Assembly (NCBI RefSeq): GCF_006345805.1
Contig: NC_042997.1
Span: 145,018,001 to 145,082,000 of the forward strand
Length of the DNA: 64,000 nucleotides
From: Octopus sinensis
Lineage: Eukaryota
Direction: 5' to 3'
Part shown: positions 1 through 12,589 of the stretch, one piece after another
How positions within the stretch are numbered: the first letter of the stretch is position 1
Layout of the letters: each line of letters opens with the position of its first letter
Made by a program: the position numbers and the translations under genes
The notes under the pieces: model-generated
What the model was told of the DNA's origin: nothing
Database searches by the model: none
What the model saw: the letters and a program-made list of their open reading frames with translations, nothing else

Positions 1-121
1 ATCGCCAACAGTCCATCCGCGGTTATATATAAGTCTGTGCGTGTTTGTGTGTGTGTGTGTACGCGCGTGTATGTGTATGTCTTTATGTGTGTTTGTGTAT
101 GTATTTATATATATTCTTTTA

Positions 122-1690
122 GCTCTTTTATGCATTTCAGACCCATGACTGGCCATGCTGGTGCAACGCCAGTATTATCACTTTTTCAACGGACAGCAGG
201 AGGTCAAGTTGTTTCTTGAAAACATGTAGCCCACTCCATGTAGATCTCTCAGGCTTTTTAGTAAGATATTATAAAGCTGTGGTCTTTTGAAACTCAAGTT
301 ATTTCAGTACCTGGATCTCACTGTGGAGGCGGTGACTGGAAATGTTGGAATAGTACAGTGGCGTCCAGCTCGGGGGCTGCTATAACTTCCGATATCAAAG
401 TTCGGTGCCAACCCCTCTAGGATCTTCCGGATGTATATCACTGCGTATCTCTTCTGTCTTCGATCCACGGAGTAGAATCATAAGTCTTTCAATCTCTCTC
501 AGTAGTTCAGCTCTTCTATTGATGCAATCTTCCTGGTGTAGCACCGCTTAACTACCTCAAGTTCCGCCATTAATTTGATACTGTGGGGTGACGACAGTTG
601 AGAGCAGTAGTCCAGACGGCTGACAAATGTCCACCATAGAACCAACATAGCTTCCTAGTCTCTTGTTCTGAAAGTTCGCAGAATCCATTCAGCCATTCGC
701 CAGCACATTGCCACGATTTTGGTGACATGTCCATGAAGCGAAGCATTACTGTTCATGTAATCCCCCAGTCACGCACAGTATTTGACTCAGTGATTACAGT
801 TCATTTTTGTCCAAAGTATCTTCGTTGCTACATGTTATCTCAAGCTGGCTGATAGCGGAGGATTTGTAATTTTCTTGCATTAAATTGCATGTTGTTTTCT
901 TTAGTCCATTTCTATCTGGTATTTAGGTCTTTCTCTGGAAGATTTGCAACGAAAGTTTCCTCGACTGCTTGTACAACTTTTGTATCATTGGCATAGCTAG
1001 TAAGTGTGGCTGTCTATGTAACTGATGGCATGGTCTGAAAAAGCTAACGTAAAAAGCAGCGGTTCCAAAGTAGTTCCCTGAGGCACTCTACTCACTGTTA
1101 CCGTAAATCCTCGAGTATAGACCGCCCTTGAGTATAATATGCAGGGGATTTTTCGGTGGTTGTACCTCTGAAAAACCTAAGCCTTGTATATAATACGCAC
1201 CCCTTCTCTAACTTGAGTCAAGGAGGTCTATATAACGTCCTTGGTTTGTAAAAATGTATACGATAACGTCTTTTATTATTATTGTATATATAACATAATG
1301 CAAACGTGTAGCTTTTTTGTGCATTTTGCTTGCAGAATATAAAGAAATAACAGAAATAACGTTTAATAAATGTTGCTTACTGCAAGTTATGGATGATTCT
1401 TTTATGACTTCATTGCTTTCAGGCGTAACTTAAGGTATTTTCGCGCCCGACATCACAAAATGCGTCTGAATAAACATTGCCGGACAGCAAACAGAGACTC
1501 GGACATTGCTTAGAAAATAATTTTCATTCTTAACCTCGTATATAGTAAGCACTAGGGATTTTGACCTTTAAATTTTGGGGAAAAAATGCGGATTGTACTC
1601 GAGGATTTACGGTACTTCTGGGAGAGGGTCCAGCTGGTTGTTACATCCTGGCTCCTGTCTTTTAAGAAGTCGTGTAACCACTCTCCCAGT
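122..1690 (-). mobile_element. CR1/L2-group non-LTR retrotransposon, degenerate RT and 3' end, split by a MITE
   Basis: Minus-strand translation gives GKLGEWLHDFLKDRSQ / EVTVSRVPQGTTLEPLLF / LTSYANDTK (YADD-like) / WTKENNMQFN / LEGLAPNFDI / LYNILLKSLRDLHG / FKKQLDLLLS, with stops and frameshifts. Confidence 0.88.
1101..1612. mobile_element. pogo/Tc1-mariner-type MITE (CCGTA termini)
   Basis: Perfect 17-bp TIR CCGTAAATCCTCGAGTA / TACTCGAGGATTTACGG; TA TSD at 1099-1100 and 1613-1614; removing it restores LINE codons. Confidence 0.92.
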
Positions 1691-2271
1691 TTCCCAACTA
1701 TATATTGATAGACAGATAAATAGACAGACAGACAGGTATTTATATTTGGATAGCCTTCGGACAGTCCGACGTAAGACTGCAGGCCGTAACAGCGGAGTTA
1801 CTGTTAACCCACTTCTTGCAAAAGTATAATAAATACATACTCTACAAAAAGTATTAATTCTTCAGATTAATGTTAGATTGTTTTTATTATATGTCGACAT
1901 AAAGCAATCCTTAATACCTGAGCATGCGCAGACATACACGCACACACGCACACAATCACACACTCCCACACATACACACACATATACACACACAACATCT
2001 GATGTTTATTCTAAGTTCTTAGCAGAATTCAAAGCAGTCACTAACAAAGTGACAAATCTCTTTAGCTTGAGTTAAGACATTTACTGGGATTTGTGTGTAT
2101 GCGAGTGAGTTATTATGCGCATATACCATAGACGCATCTGTGAATATACCTATACTCTTGGAGCGAATGCGTATATCTCTTTTATTACACAATCTTATTG
2201 TGCATCATGTTTTATGTGTGTCTCTGTACCATATGCTGGTGCTTATACTATGCTTATGAATACGATATATA

Positions 2272-2482
2272 AAGGCGGGGTGCTGGCAGAATCGTTAGCA
2301 CGTCGGGCAAAATGCTTAGCGTCACTTCATTCGCGTTCACGTACTGCGTTCAAATTCCGCCGAGGTCTGCTTTGCATTTCATTTTTGTTGGGGTCAATAA
2401 AATAAATACCAGTTGAACACTGGGCTCGATGTAATTATTTCACTCCCCCGAAATTGCTGGCCTTGTGACAAAATTTGAAATC
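2272..2482 (+). mobile_element. SINE family B (diverged monomer)
   Basis: AAGGCGG..GCTGGCAGAA head, GTTCAAATTCCGCCGAGGTC core and GGCCTTGTG..AAAATTTGAA tail, shared with many copies in the window. Confidence 0.8.
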
Positions 2483-2499
2483 AATATAATGAATCACTA

Positions 2500-3120
2500 T
2501 TTTATCTTTTGCTTATTCCAGTCATTATACTGCGGCCACGCTGGGGCACCGCCTTGAAGATTTTATTCGAATGAATCGACCCGGAACTTCTTTTTTTCTT
2601 TTTTGAAACCAGGTACTTATTCTATCGGTCTCTTATGCCGAACTGCTATGTTGCGGGACGTAAACACGTCGCATGTGTCTGTGTTTGTCATTCACCATCG
2701 CTTAAGTACTGGTGTTGGTATGTTTACGTCCCGTAACATAACGGTTCGACCGATAGGAAATTACCAAGCTTTAAAAAAGGAGAAAAAGAAAAAGAAAGTA
2801 TTGGAGTTGATCCATTCGTATAAAATGCTTCAAGGTGATGCCCCAGCATGGCCGTAGTCTAATAACTGTAATAAGTAAAAGATAAAATATTGATTCATTA
2901 TATTCAACGTTTGTTAAGCGACACAGAGACAAACACATATATATGTAATAAATATATACATGACGGGCTTCTTTCAGTTTCCGTCCACCAAATCCCCTCA
3001 CAAAGCATTAATCGGCTTGAGGCTATGTTAGAAGATACTTGCCCAAGATGCCACGCATTGGGACTGAATATGACACCATGTGGTTGGAAAGCAAGCTTCA
3101 TACCAGACAGTCATGTCTGC
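2500..3120 (-). mobile_element. SINE family A copy interrupted by an opposite-strand family A 3' half (about 2665-2890)
   Basis: CCAGCATGGCCG tail motif in both orientations; GACGGGCTTCTTTCAGTTTCCGTC body and CTTGCCCAAG core at 2960-3115. Confidence 0.75.
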
Positions 3121-3343
3121 TCCTATTTGTCTATATAACACACACGCACACATAGACACACACACACGCACACACACAAACAAACACACACACACACGCA
3201 CACACACATATGCATATGTGTTTGTATACTATATACGTATGCATGTGTGTCTGTATACCATATGAATACGCAAATGTGTACGTAAGTTCATTGTAGGAAA
3301 CTGATAAGGAGAATCCCCCTTTTTTTGTTGTTTTTTGGGTAGT

Positions 3344-3709
3344 ACTCTTTTACTTGTTTCAGTCATTTGACTGCGGCCATGCTGGAGCACCACCTTTTAG
3401 TACTTATTCTATCGGTCTCTTTTTGCCGAACGGCTAAGTGACGGGGACGTAAACACACCAGCATCGGTTGTCAAGCAATGCTAGGGGGACAAACACAGAC
3501 ACACAAACACACACATACAAACATATATATATATATACATATATACGACAGGCTTCTTTCAGTTTCCGTCTACCAAATCCACTCACAAGGCATTGGTCGG
3601 CCCGGGGCTATAGCAGAAGACACTTGCCCAAGATGCCACGCAGTGGGACTGAACCCGCAACCGTGTGGTTGGTTAGCAAGCTACTTACCACACAGCCACT
3701 CCTGCGCCT
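3344..3709 (-). mobile_element. SINE family A, near full length
   Basis: tRNA-like head (GGCGCAGGAGTGGCTGTGTGGTAAG..GGTTCAGTCCC), CTTGGGCAAGTGTCTT core, internal microsatellite, CCAGCATGGCCGCAGTC..GAAACAAGTAAAAGAG tail. Confidence 0.92.
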
Positions 3710-4029
3710 GTAGGATATAATTTGAGGAAGATTTAGCTGCTATGTTGTAGGTTGAATAAATGTGTACATACTCTTTTTATTGATCCGTGTTGAAAGTAAA
3801 AATAACCAGAGATACTTTGCACACTCGACTTGTTGAAACAGTAGCTTGTGGGAGTTTCTTCCATACATTCGATAATATCTTAGGGGTGCTTTCTGCACGA
3901 AGTATGTGCAGTTAAGTGCCAGCTAACTACACATGTGTAGTTTTTAACACTCTCTGACAAATGTGTAGTTATGTGCCAGCGAATGTTAAAAGTTTCAATT
4001 TAACGTGTGAGTCTTGATATCAGCCTTCG

Positions 4030-4600
4030 CGGGGGATGCTTACAGATATGAAAGTGTAAGTATTTATATATCAATGCATTTACATATTGCGGTAGCGGCG
4101 GAATTCTAAGTTCCCATCAGCTATAGCTTGTATGGATTATTTTAAAAATACTGTTATTGCAGCAACTTGTTTGCTGTGATGTAAGCTGTTAATGACGAAA
4201 TTTTTAGCAACCTCTTTCTGCTCCATCAACTTCGATTATCCTGCTGCTTTTATCTTAGACTGAAGTGAATAGGCTGAGCTTGCCTATGTGAAGCATTCAT
4301 CTTGGATCAACAGACATATCCAATTACGCTCCAGGCCTCCGTGAAGCTTTTTAAACACACAGCGGAGATATGCTCTGTCTATATTAATTCGATAACTATG
4401 GTTTCATCCAGAATATGAGGCAGATTTTTCACTGAATTATTGCAATTCTCTAAAGAGAAATTCAAGATTTATAGGACTTTATTTCCTTTATTATGCCATT
4501 GTTCTTCCCCCTGGTGGCTCAAATGTAACTTTTCAGTTATCCACTCAAGCCGTCAAGTTTCAAGTAGCTTCTGTAAAGTCAACCCCACTTTGTGACCGTA
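4030..4600 (+). pseudogene. Heavily eroded Helitron-type PIF1 helicase remnant (tentative)
   Basis: Collinear degenerate motifs KYLY..LR, TVIAATCL (cf. TGIAATLL), SE*AEL/AFILDQ (cf. LIIWDE), ADFH*I (cf. GDFRQ) and SSP.W..V.TFQL. Confidence 0.4.
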
Positions 4601-5044
4601 GAAATATAAACAGCTTTTTAAAGGTGTTAGAAAGCTTAGAATAGACACAGCCTTAGTATTAAGCCTTGCTGGACCGATGTTTTTAATGAATCATCCATAT
4701 TGGTATTTAAGAGAGACCTTCATAGATTTTTCGCTATGCTTTCGTCTTAGCAATTTTCCAAGTAGCCGTTAGAATTTCAGCTACCGCAGAATCTATTATG
4801 TCTGATTCTATCAAAAAGCTAATCTATTGTTTATACCAATAACATCTCACCCATGTCCAAGTAATTGTTCTACGTATGGAATAGATTAGTGAGAAGTTGT
4901 GCTTTGCTGTGATGTGATAGGAAGCCATATCCAAAAAGTTTTCTGTTGGCTCTGTTCCATTAACTTATTATTGAAAACTTTTATCGAATTCCTTTTCTCT
5001 TTTTCCCCGCGGGGCTTTGTCCGTCGGGTATTTCCCCGCATCAG

Positions 5045-5215
5045 CATACATACATTACATAGATACATACATGTATATATACATACATACACACTTGTAT
5101 ACATGCATGCATACATACATACATACATACATACATACATACATACATACATACATACATGCATGCATACATACATGCATGCATACATACATGCATGCAT
5201 ACATACATACATACA

Positions 5216-5247
<32 letters not shown>

Positions 5248-5253
5248 CATACA

Positions 5254-5287
<34 letters not shown>

Positions 5288-5513
5288 CATACATACATAC
5301 ATACATAAATGCATGCATGCATACATACATGCTTGCAAACATACCTATACACATTTATATATACATACGTATATACGAATGTATCTACATGCATGCATAT
5401 ATACATACATACATACATACATGCATACATACATGCATACATGCATACATACATACATACATTCATACATACATACATACATTCATACATACATTCATAC
5501 ATACATACATTCA

Positions 5514-5545
<32 letters not shown>

Positions 5546-5620
5546 CATACATACATACATACATGCATACAAGCACACATACATGCATACAGCACACATA
5601 CATACATACATACATACATA
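5045..5620. repeat. Long (CATA)n/(CATG)n tetranucleotide array
   Basis: Direct reading; it explains the HTYI/MYVC ORFs at 4886-5716. Confidence 0.97.
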
Positions 5621-7068
5621 ATGCTGTCTGCAAGGCTCCCTGCAAATGTATGCCAAACACTTTGGTGCACCAAACGCATTCGGAGAGACCCTCAAAGAAG
5701 TAAAAGCTTCATGTAACAACGCACCGGGTGCATATGTTTGTACGTATTTATAGATAGAGACAGATGGAGAGAAAGCGAGCGAGAGAGAGAGGGAGAGAGA
5801 GATCGAACCGACAAACAAGAAAATAAAGAGTGAGAAAAAGTGAGGGGGCGGAGAGAGAGAGAGAGAGTAATATAGGTTCATGCCTTAGATACTAATCAAT
5901 CAGTTCCATCTGGAATATGACCCCCCAACCTATAACCCTATAACAATACTTGAACACATTGGTTTTTATTTTCTCCTACCAACCAAGTAAGCAACTGAAA
6001 AGTGTAATAACTGATATTTTGATCACAGCATGTCGTGACAACTGCACGTATATTACCATACGCATCTTCTTTCATCTTCTTTGCCTTCTTTTTCTTTTTT
6101 ACCTTTATATATTTATAAATTTTTTTGTATTATTTTTGTTTTGCAATTTCAACGCCTCCACGCATCTACAAAGTGCTCTACCTTTTATTTTATTTTATTT
6201 TATTTTATTTTATTTTATTTTATTCCTTATCTTATTCACATTATTCAAATATAATATTTTCCTAATAACTACTTCCTGAAAAGATGCTGTCAGCTTTCTG
6301 AATCGGTCCGTCTATTGATCAAAGGTTTTATAAACTCAATCATATTTATTTTTGGTATTCTTTTACCCACTTGTTTTCCTTCACTTTCTCTTTTCTTTTT
6401 TTTCCATTTTTCTGTTAAATTTTATTCCTTAGTAACACAAGATATTCTCTCGATGATTTTCATAGAAAAGACGACTTTTGCTGCAAGGCCAAAATAATTC
6501 TACTACAGACCGACTAAAAAACATTTGAAAGCCGTTCAAAGCTGCTCAGAGTTGTTCAAAGTTGTTCAAAGAGTCGTCACATTGCCGAACGCTGTCGAGA
6601 CGTTCGGTATATTACCGTTTACTAATTTGGTTCACTTCGATCTGCCTGAATAGTAGAGTTCTTATTACTAGATTCTTATACATTACAGCGGCATGACGTC
6701 TTATATATCTCGATAATTGTGACAAAATCGATATTTGATATTTGAATATACAAGTAGGTCAGCACACGTGCATATACACACGCGTGCACATGTGTACATA
6801 CGTACGTACAAAAATACATGCAAACGCGCATACATACATACTTACATGCATACATACACTTATACATACATATATACATGCATGTATACTTGCATGTATA
6901 CATGCATACATATATATAAATGAACACACACACACAAACACATACACACACACCGAGATACTATATATAACTATATGCATAAAATATACATACCTTCAAG
7001 CATAGAAACAGGGTTAAATAAGTGTGTGTGTGTGTGTGTATGTACGTGCGCGTGTGTGTGTGTATAAT

Positions 7069-7172
<104 letters not shown>

Positions 7173-8420
7173 TTATATATATATATGTATAAAATTTAGA
7201 TTCAGATGAATATGGTACTTAAGTTGAGGCACCAGAATTTAGTATGGTATTATCCATACAGTTTCAAAATAAGGTGATTAAAATCAAAATAAGCAACAAG
7301 GATATCCAGAGGTAATGCAGTACGATCGTTTCATGCGACTCCATTTAATTGAACAATGCAATCATTTCATTACATCAATTAAAAATGTAGAGCAATCTTC
7401 AGCTGCACAAAGACATGGTATTTAATTAAATTAGAAGGACACATTAGTATAATTTTACTCAAAATCTCCAAGAGGATAAGGAGATAGACAAAGTACATGT
7501 TTCACCAACAACATCACAGTTGTAACTGAAATTTTTTTCAAGAAGACACTGCCTGTCACTGATTTTTTTATTATCTAGTTTTAATTTAGTTTTATTGTAG
7601 TTAAAAGAATTTGGTATATACTCAAAAGTGGTATCCTGTTTGTTAAAATTCTCATTCTTAATAATCTTCTTCATTACTCTAAAAATACTTTTTAAACTTA
7701 TACAGCATGAAGACATTGTTTGAAATGATCTTTTTAAAAAATTACTTGATTTTTCCTTTCTCAAATAGCTCCACCCTTCTGATCTTAGTATGTATAAAGA
7801 TCTTTATATAAATAACCTTTCTAAATAAGTACCAATTAGAAAGTATAAATATCATGTAGGATGTAATAATAACATAAAGCTGAAGATCAGTGAAAACTAA
7901 AATACCTACGCTGAACTATTGAGATCTACAGTTACTCTACCCAGATTACAAGTTCAGGTTTATACCTGTAATTGTAGGGGCCCTGAGATATGTAACACAC
8001 TACCTAATTACCAGTTTTGAGAAATTAGATTTCTGAAAATACAGACATAAAACAAAACATAGACATTTACACACACACACACAAACACACACACATACAC
8101 ACATACACACATACACACACACATCATACATACATACATACATACATACATACATACATACATACATACATACATACATACATACATACATACCCTGTTG
8201 AAGCTGTTGAAATTCCAATGAAGGAGCCTTGGATTTAGGTTTAAAACCGATTCTTTCTCTATTGGCATGAAATCTTGAAATAAAATTAAATAACGACATA
8301 CATACAGTTCGATAATTAATTAGGGATGTAATGTAATAAGATTCTCCCCAATTTTAGTACAAGTCTAGCAATTTTTAGTTGAGCGGTAAGTCGATTAAGT
8401 CGATCCCAGGCTCCAATTAT

Positions 8421-8460
8421 TACCGTATTCTGCGGCATATAAGACACACTTTTTTTGAAA
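8421..8460 (+). mobile_element. Orphan pogo-type terminal sequence
   Basis: TA-CCGTATTCTGCGGCATATAAGACACACTTTTT resembles CCGTA-type pogo termini; no partner end found. Confidence 0.5.
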
Positions 8461-9058
8461 ATTTGACCCTCAAAATCACTGAACATCCTGCATGGTGTAT
8501 GTCAGGTTTGAGGACCAGCTTTGGACCATGGTATCCCCCTTGTTTAACAATACAAACAACTCAACTTCCAAATGAATACATATAGCTGTACACGATGTAT
8601 ATACACCTTGTACATACTATATGTACTCGTTCCATATCCCCACACCCCGTAATTACCAGTAGTGGGGGTTCATGGTTCTCCGTGGCGCTTTGTTGAAAAC
8701 GTCTGAAGAGACACTGCTCAGCGTCCTTACCAGTAATTATGTTTATTTCCTGCATAATCTCAGCACTACACATTTTAGCTTTTCTACTTCCCTAAACATT
8801 TTGGCTTTATTCACAATTAACACTAGGGGCAATGCTTATCAGTAAAACGGGCTCATAATACTGTAATCAAAGTTTGCTTACCGTAACATGCACTTGCCAT
8901 CTTTGCCTACCAGATCAAAACAATGGAAGTGGCGCCGCCACTCAAGCAGCTTGAAAACTAACATGCGCCATTGGCACGGATTTTGAACTCGCCTTCAGTT
9001 GCTTACAACTGTACTGGAAAGAAGATATTTTTCCGTATGACAGTTTTTGAAACAACCA

Positions 9059-9454
9059 AGTCGGCGAGCTGGCTGAAACGTTAGCACGCCGGGCGAAATG
9101 CTTAGCTGTATTTCGTCTGTCTTTACGTTCTGAGTTCAAATTCTGCCGAGGTCAACTTTGCCTTTCATCCTTTCGGGGTCGATAAATTAAGTACCAGTTA
9201 CGCACTGCGGTCGATATAATCGACTTAATCCGTCTGTCCTTGTTTGTCCTCTCCGTGTTTAGCCCCTTGTGGGTAGTAAAGAAATAGGTATTTTGTCTGT
9301 CTTTACGTTCTGAGTTCAAATTCCGCCTAGGTCGACTTTGCCTTTCATCCTTTCGGGGTCGATAAATTAAGTACCAGTTGCGTACTGAGGTCGATCTAAT
9401 CGAATGGCCCCTCTCCCCCAAAATTTCGGGCCTTGTGCCTAGAGTAGAAAATTT
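9059..9454 (+). mobile_element. SINE family B dimer with 15-bp TSD
   Basis: Head + core + tail-i + core + tail-ii; flanked by TTTTTGAAACAACCA at 9044-9058 and 9455-9469. Confidence 0.92.
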
Positions 9455-9946
9455 TTTTTGAAACAACCAGAATGCTATAATAGGTTAAACATGGAATGTT
9501 CCGTAAATGACTGATAATTCGTTAAACTACTGGCTGTGGTGAGGCAAAAGACTCGTTATTATAGGTGTTTACAGTTTTCCAACCAGTAACCATTGTTATA
9601 TATCCTGTATAAACAAGTAACAGTATCGTATAAATTAAACAAATCTTCAATGAAGCACAAAACACTTCAATTCTATCTAACATTTAAACAAACAATGGAA
9701 CAATTGTCTCTCTGTTATCACCGGACATTGTTTTGTTTTGGTAGTACCAACCGTGTCTGAGACAGACAAAGCATATGTGCAGTAGCAGTGAGCAACCAGC
9801 TAAAACCAACGACATCGCCAGTTTGAACACGGTCCTCCTCGGGGTTGTACATTGCTGTCCCCTATCTGCTCAATCAGAATTACAGTAAATATCAATAATA
9901 TATATTGTGGGGGAAATATTATCATTCAGTGAAGTGAACGAACATT

Positions 9947-10460
9947 AGTGCTACTTTAGCGCGCGATCTACCACAGTATCTTGTCAACGCTTTGAAATTA
10001 CTTTTAGCCTGCGGTTTAACTTTCCATACTATCTTAACCTGAGTTAATTTTAACCATTACAATACTGTTAAAGGATTTCTATAGACATAATTTTTCTGAG
10101 GCTATTGAGAGATCATAGTTGGATACCAAAGCAGCTATTTTAAAGAAAATGAGAAGCGTAGTGGTGAGCTTTTCCAGTCACACCTTGATCACTTTTGCTG
10201 GAAAGCTTTGAGAAAAGATGCAGCAGATTTGTTTGTGGTATTCCTGGATGATGTACGAAGTGTGTATCGTTAATTAAGATTTAAGTTTAAGTTATTAATA
10301 AATCATTATTCAACATTATTCAATTTGTTTTTATCATCCTGTACTATAAAATTCTTATAGTGGAGGTAGATTGCACGCTAAGGAAAAGTAGGCCGCACGC
10401 TAAAAGTAATTTCACAGCGTAGACAGGACACTGCGGTAGAATGCACGCTAAAGTAGCACC
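9947..10460 (+). mobile_element. Merlin (IS1595/ISXO2-like) deletion derivative
   Basis: About 30-bp TIRs GTGCTACTTTAGCGCGCGATCTACCACAGT / ACTGCGGTAGAATGCACGCTAAAGTAGCACC; internal AIERS*LDTKAAILKKMR..FQSHLDHFCWKALRKDAADLFVVFLDDVRSVYR* matches ISXO2-type C-termini. No TSD preserved. Confidence 0.75.
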
Positions 10461-10559
10461 TAAAAATATCTATAGATTACCGTACGGTAATAGTGTATAA
10501 CGGTACTTTTTGTCCCACTATATGTTACCAATATTCACTTTTATTAAATTTTCAGAATA

Positions 10560-11878
10560 TTAATACCCTAATAGAAAAGAGTCGCAGAAAAGGCATAGTT
10601 ACACTATCGGCTGCATATTGCAAGTGATAGCATATGCCAAGGAACACAGTAACAGAGCGGTTGTTAGACATTTTGGACCACCTCCAACAGAGAAAATGGT
10701 ACAGATGTAGAGAAAACAGGAAGATGAACTATAACAGGCTGAAAAACGGAAGCATAACCTGCGAAAACCAAATGTAAAATGGCCTGAACTTGAAAATGAG
10801 TCGAAAACCTAGGTTGTAGATAACCAGAATAAAGGTATAGTTGTGTCAACTAAAGCCATAATTTGTCAAGCTACAAGAGGTCATTATGATTTCAGTGGCT
10901 GTGCAAGCTGGTGTTTTCGTTTCATGAAAAGAAACAGATTGGCTATACATATAAAACAAGGATAGCACAGAAAATGTCAGATGAATTATGAAAACAAGAT
11001 ACTGGAATTTCACCGATTTGTGATACGCGCAAGACAACACAGCAGCTACGAACTCTGTCATATTGCAAATATGGACGAGGTGCCACTGATATTTGATGTT
11101 CCCTCAAACAGGATTGTAGATACTAAAGGTAGCAAAATAGTTACTTTTAAAACAACAGGACATGAAAAAACACGCTACACCGTAGTATCAGCTTGTTGCA
11201 CAGATGACATGAAACTACCACCACTTTTAATATTTCAAAGAAAAAACACTTCCGAAGGACCGTTTTCCATCAGGAGTTGTTATTCACGTCTACCATAAGG
11301 GGTGGTTGGACGAAAATGGCGTAAAGTTATGTTTGGATAAAGTATGGTCAAGGCGTCCTGGTGCTTTACGCAAAACACCATCCCTTCTTGTCTGGAACCA
11401 TTTTGCACACACGCAACTGAATGTACAGTAAGGAGGGTAAAGAATGTAAACACTGAAATAGTTGTGATACCTGGTGGATTGACTTCCCAATTACAACCCC
11501 TTGATGTTTCAATAAAGAAGCCTTTCAAGGGACGCAGGAAAGAGGAGTGGGATAACTGGATGCAGGCCCCGCAACATGGACTAACACCAACAGGCCGTAT
11601 GAAGAGGCCTACATTTTCCCAAGTAGCCCATTGGGTAAAAATTGTGGGAAGCAGTAAAAACTGAAACAATTATAAAAGGTTTAGAAAAATGTGGTATCAG
11701 TAACATCCTAGATAGCACTGAAGATGATTGTTTATATAACTATAACGACACATCTGATTCTGAAAACAACGACGACCCCGATGAATGCGAGGAAACTGAT
11801 GAATTCCAGGAAGTTGGGGAAAATAACAGCCAAGAACTGAATGAGGATGACAGCAACCATGGCTTTTTAGAATTTTAA
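10560..11878 (+). pseudogene. POGK-like (pogo/Passer) DDE transposase, disrupted
   Basis: Brinker-like KRHSYT..VIAYAKEHSNRAVVRHFG, CENP-B HTH KWPELE..WCFRFMKRN, DDE_1 NMDEVPLIFD..TTGHEKTRYTV..KLPPLLIF, VIPGGLTSQLQPLDVS, KCGISN plus acidic tail; multiple stops and frameshifts. Confidence 0.93.
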
Positions 11879-12589
11879 AGTGAATAAATTTTTAAAGATT
11901 ATGGGGTAAAAAATGACTCATGAGGTTATTGCATCTTAATATTTTGGTTATGCAATGGCAGGTTTTGATAAGTTTTCTTCTTATAAATAAAGTGGCAATA
12001 GTAAAGAATGTTAATATAAAACAAATAAAAGTATAACAAACACTGATAAAAGATGTTCGATAAATATCTGTAAAAAGCAAAAAAAAATGAACCGTGTAGA
12101 TGAGGCTATGTTCATAGCGTTACCTGGAATTCACTGCAAACACTTGTAGTAGAAACACAACAAGAAAAGTTTTTCTTTTTTCAAATAGTTGCAGTAATGA
12201 AGAATGATAACAATATATAAAAAATAAAGATAAAAAAATTATTAAAGTGGTACAGTAAATATCAGAAAATAAAGTAATGAACAATGAAGCTGAGGTCACG
12301 GCCATATCAGAGTCGAGACATTGGCAGACAATAAACGCATGGCTCACAATCAAAATATTCAAAACAATTCGTTGTTGCATCCCTGGCACTCTTCCCAATA
12401 ATATGGTACAGGTACTGTAATCTGTGTTCACTGAATGTTCTGGTATTTCCAAGATGGGGTGCACAGACAACCTTGAATATAAGGTTTAGTGGCAGACATG
12501 GACTGAACTCAGTCTCAGGCCTAGCGATGAAGCAGGCTCTACAAAATTCCCCTTACCCCAATTTTATTCGTCTTCATTGAGAGTACGGC

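Noticed and set aside
4886-5716. Long overlapping ORFs of 100-240 aa (HTYI/MYVC repeats), and similar ORFs throughout the window
   Set aside because: They are stop-free readings of CATA/TA/TG microsatellites, not genes.
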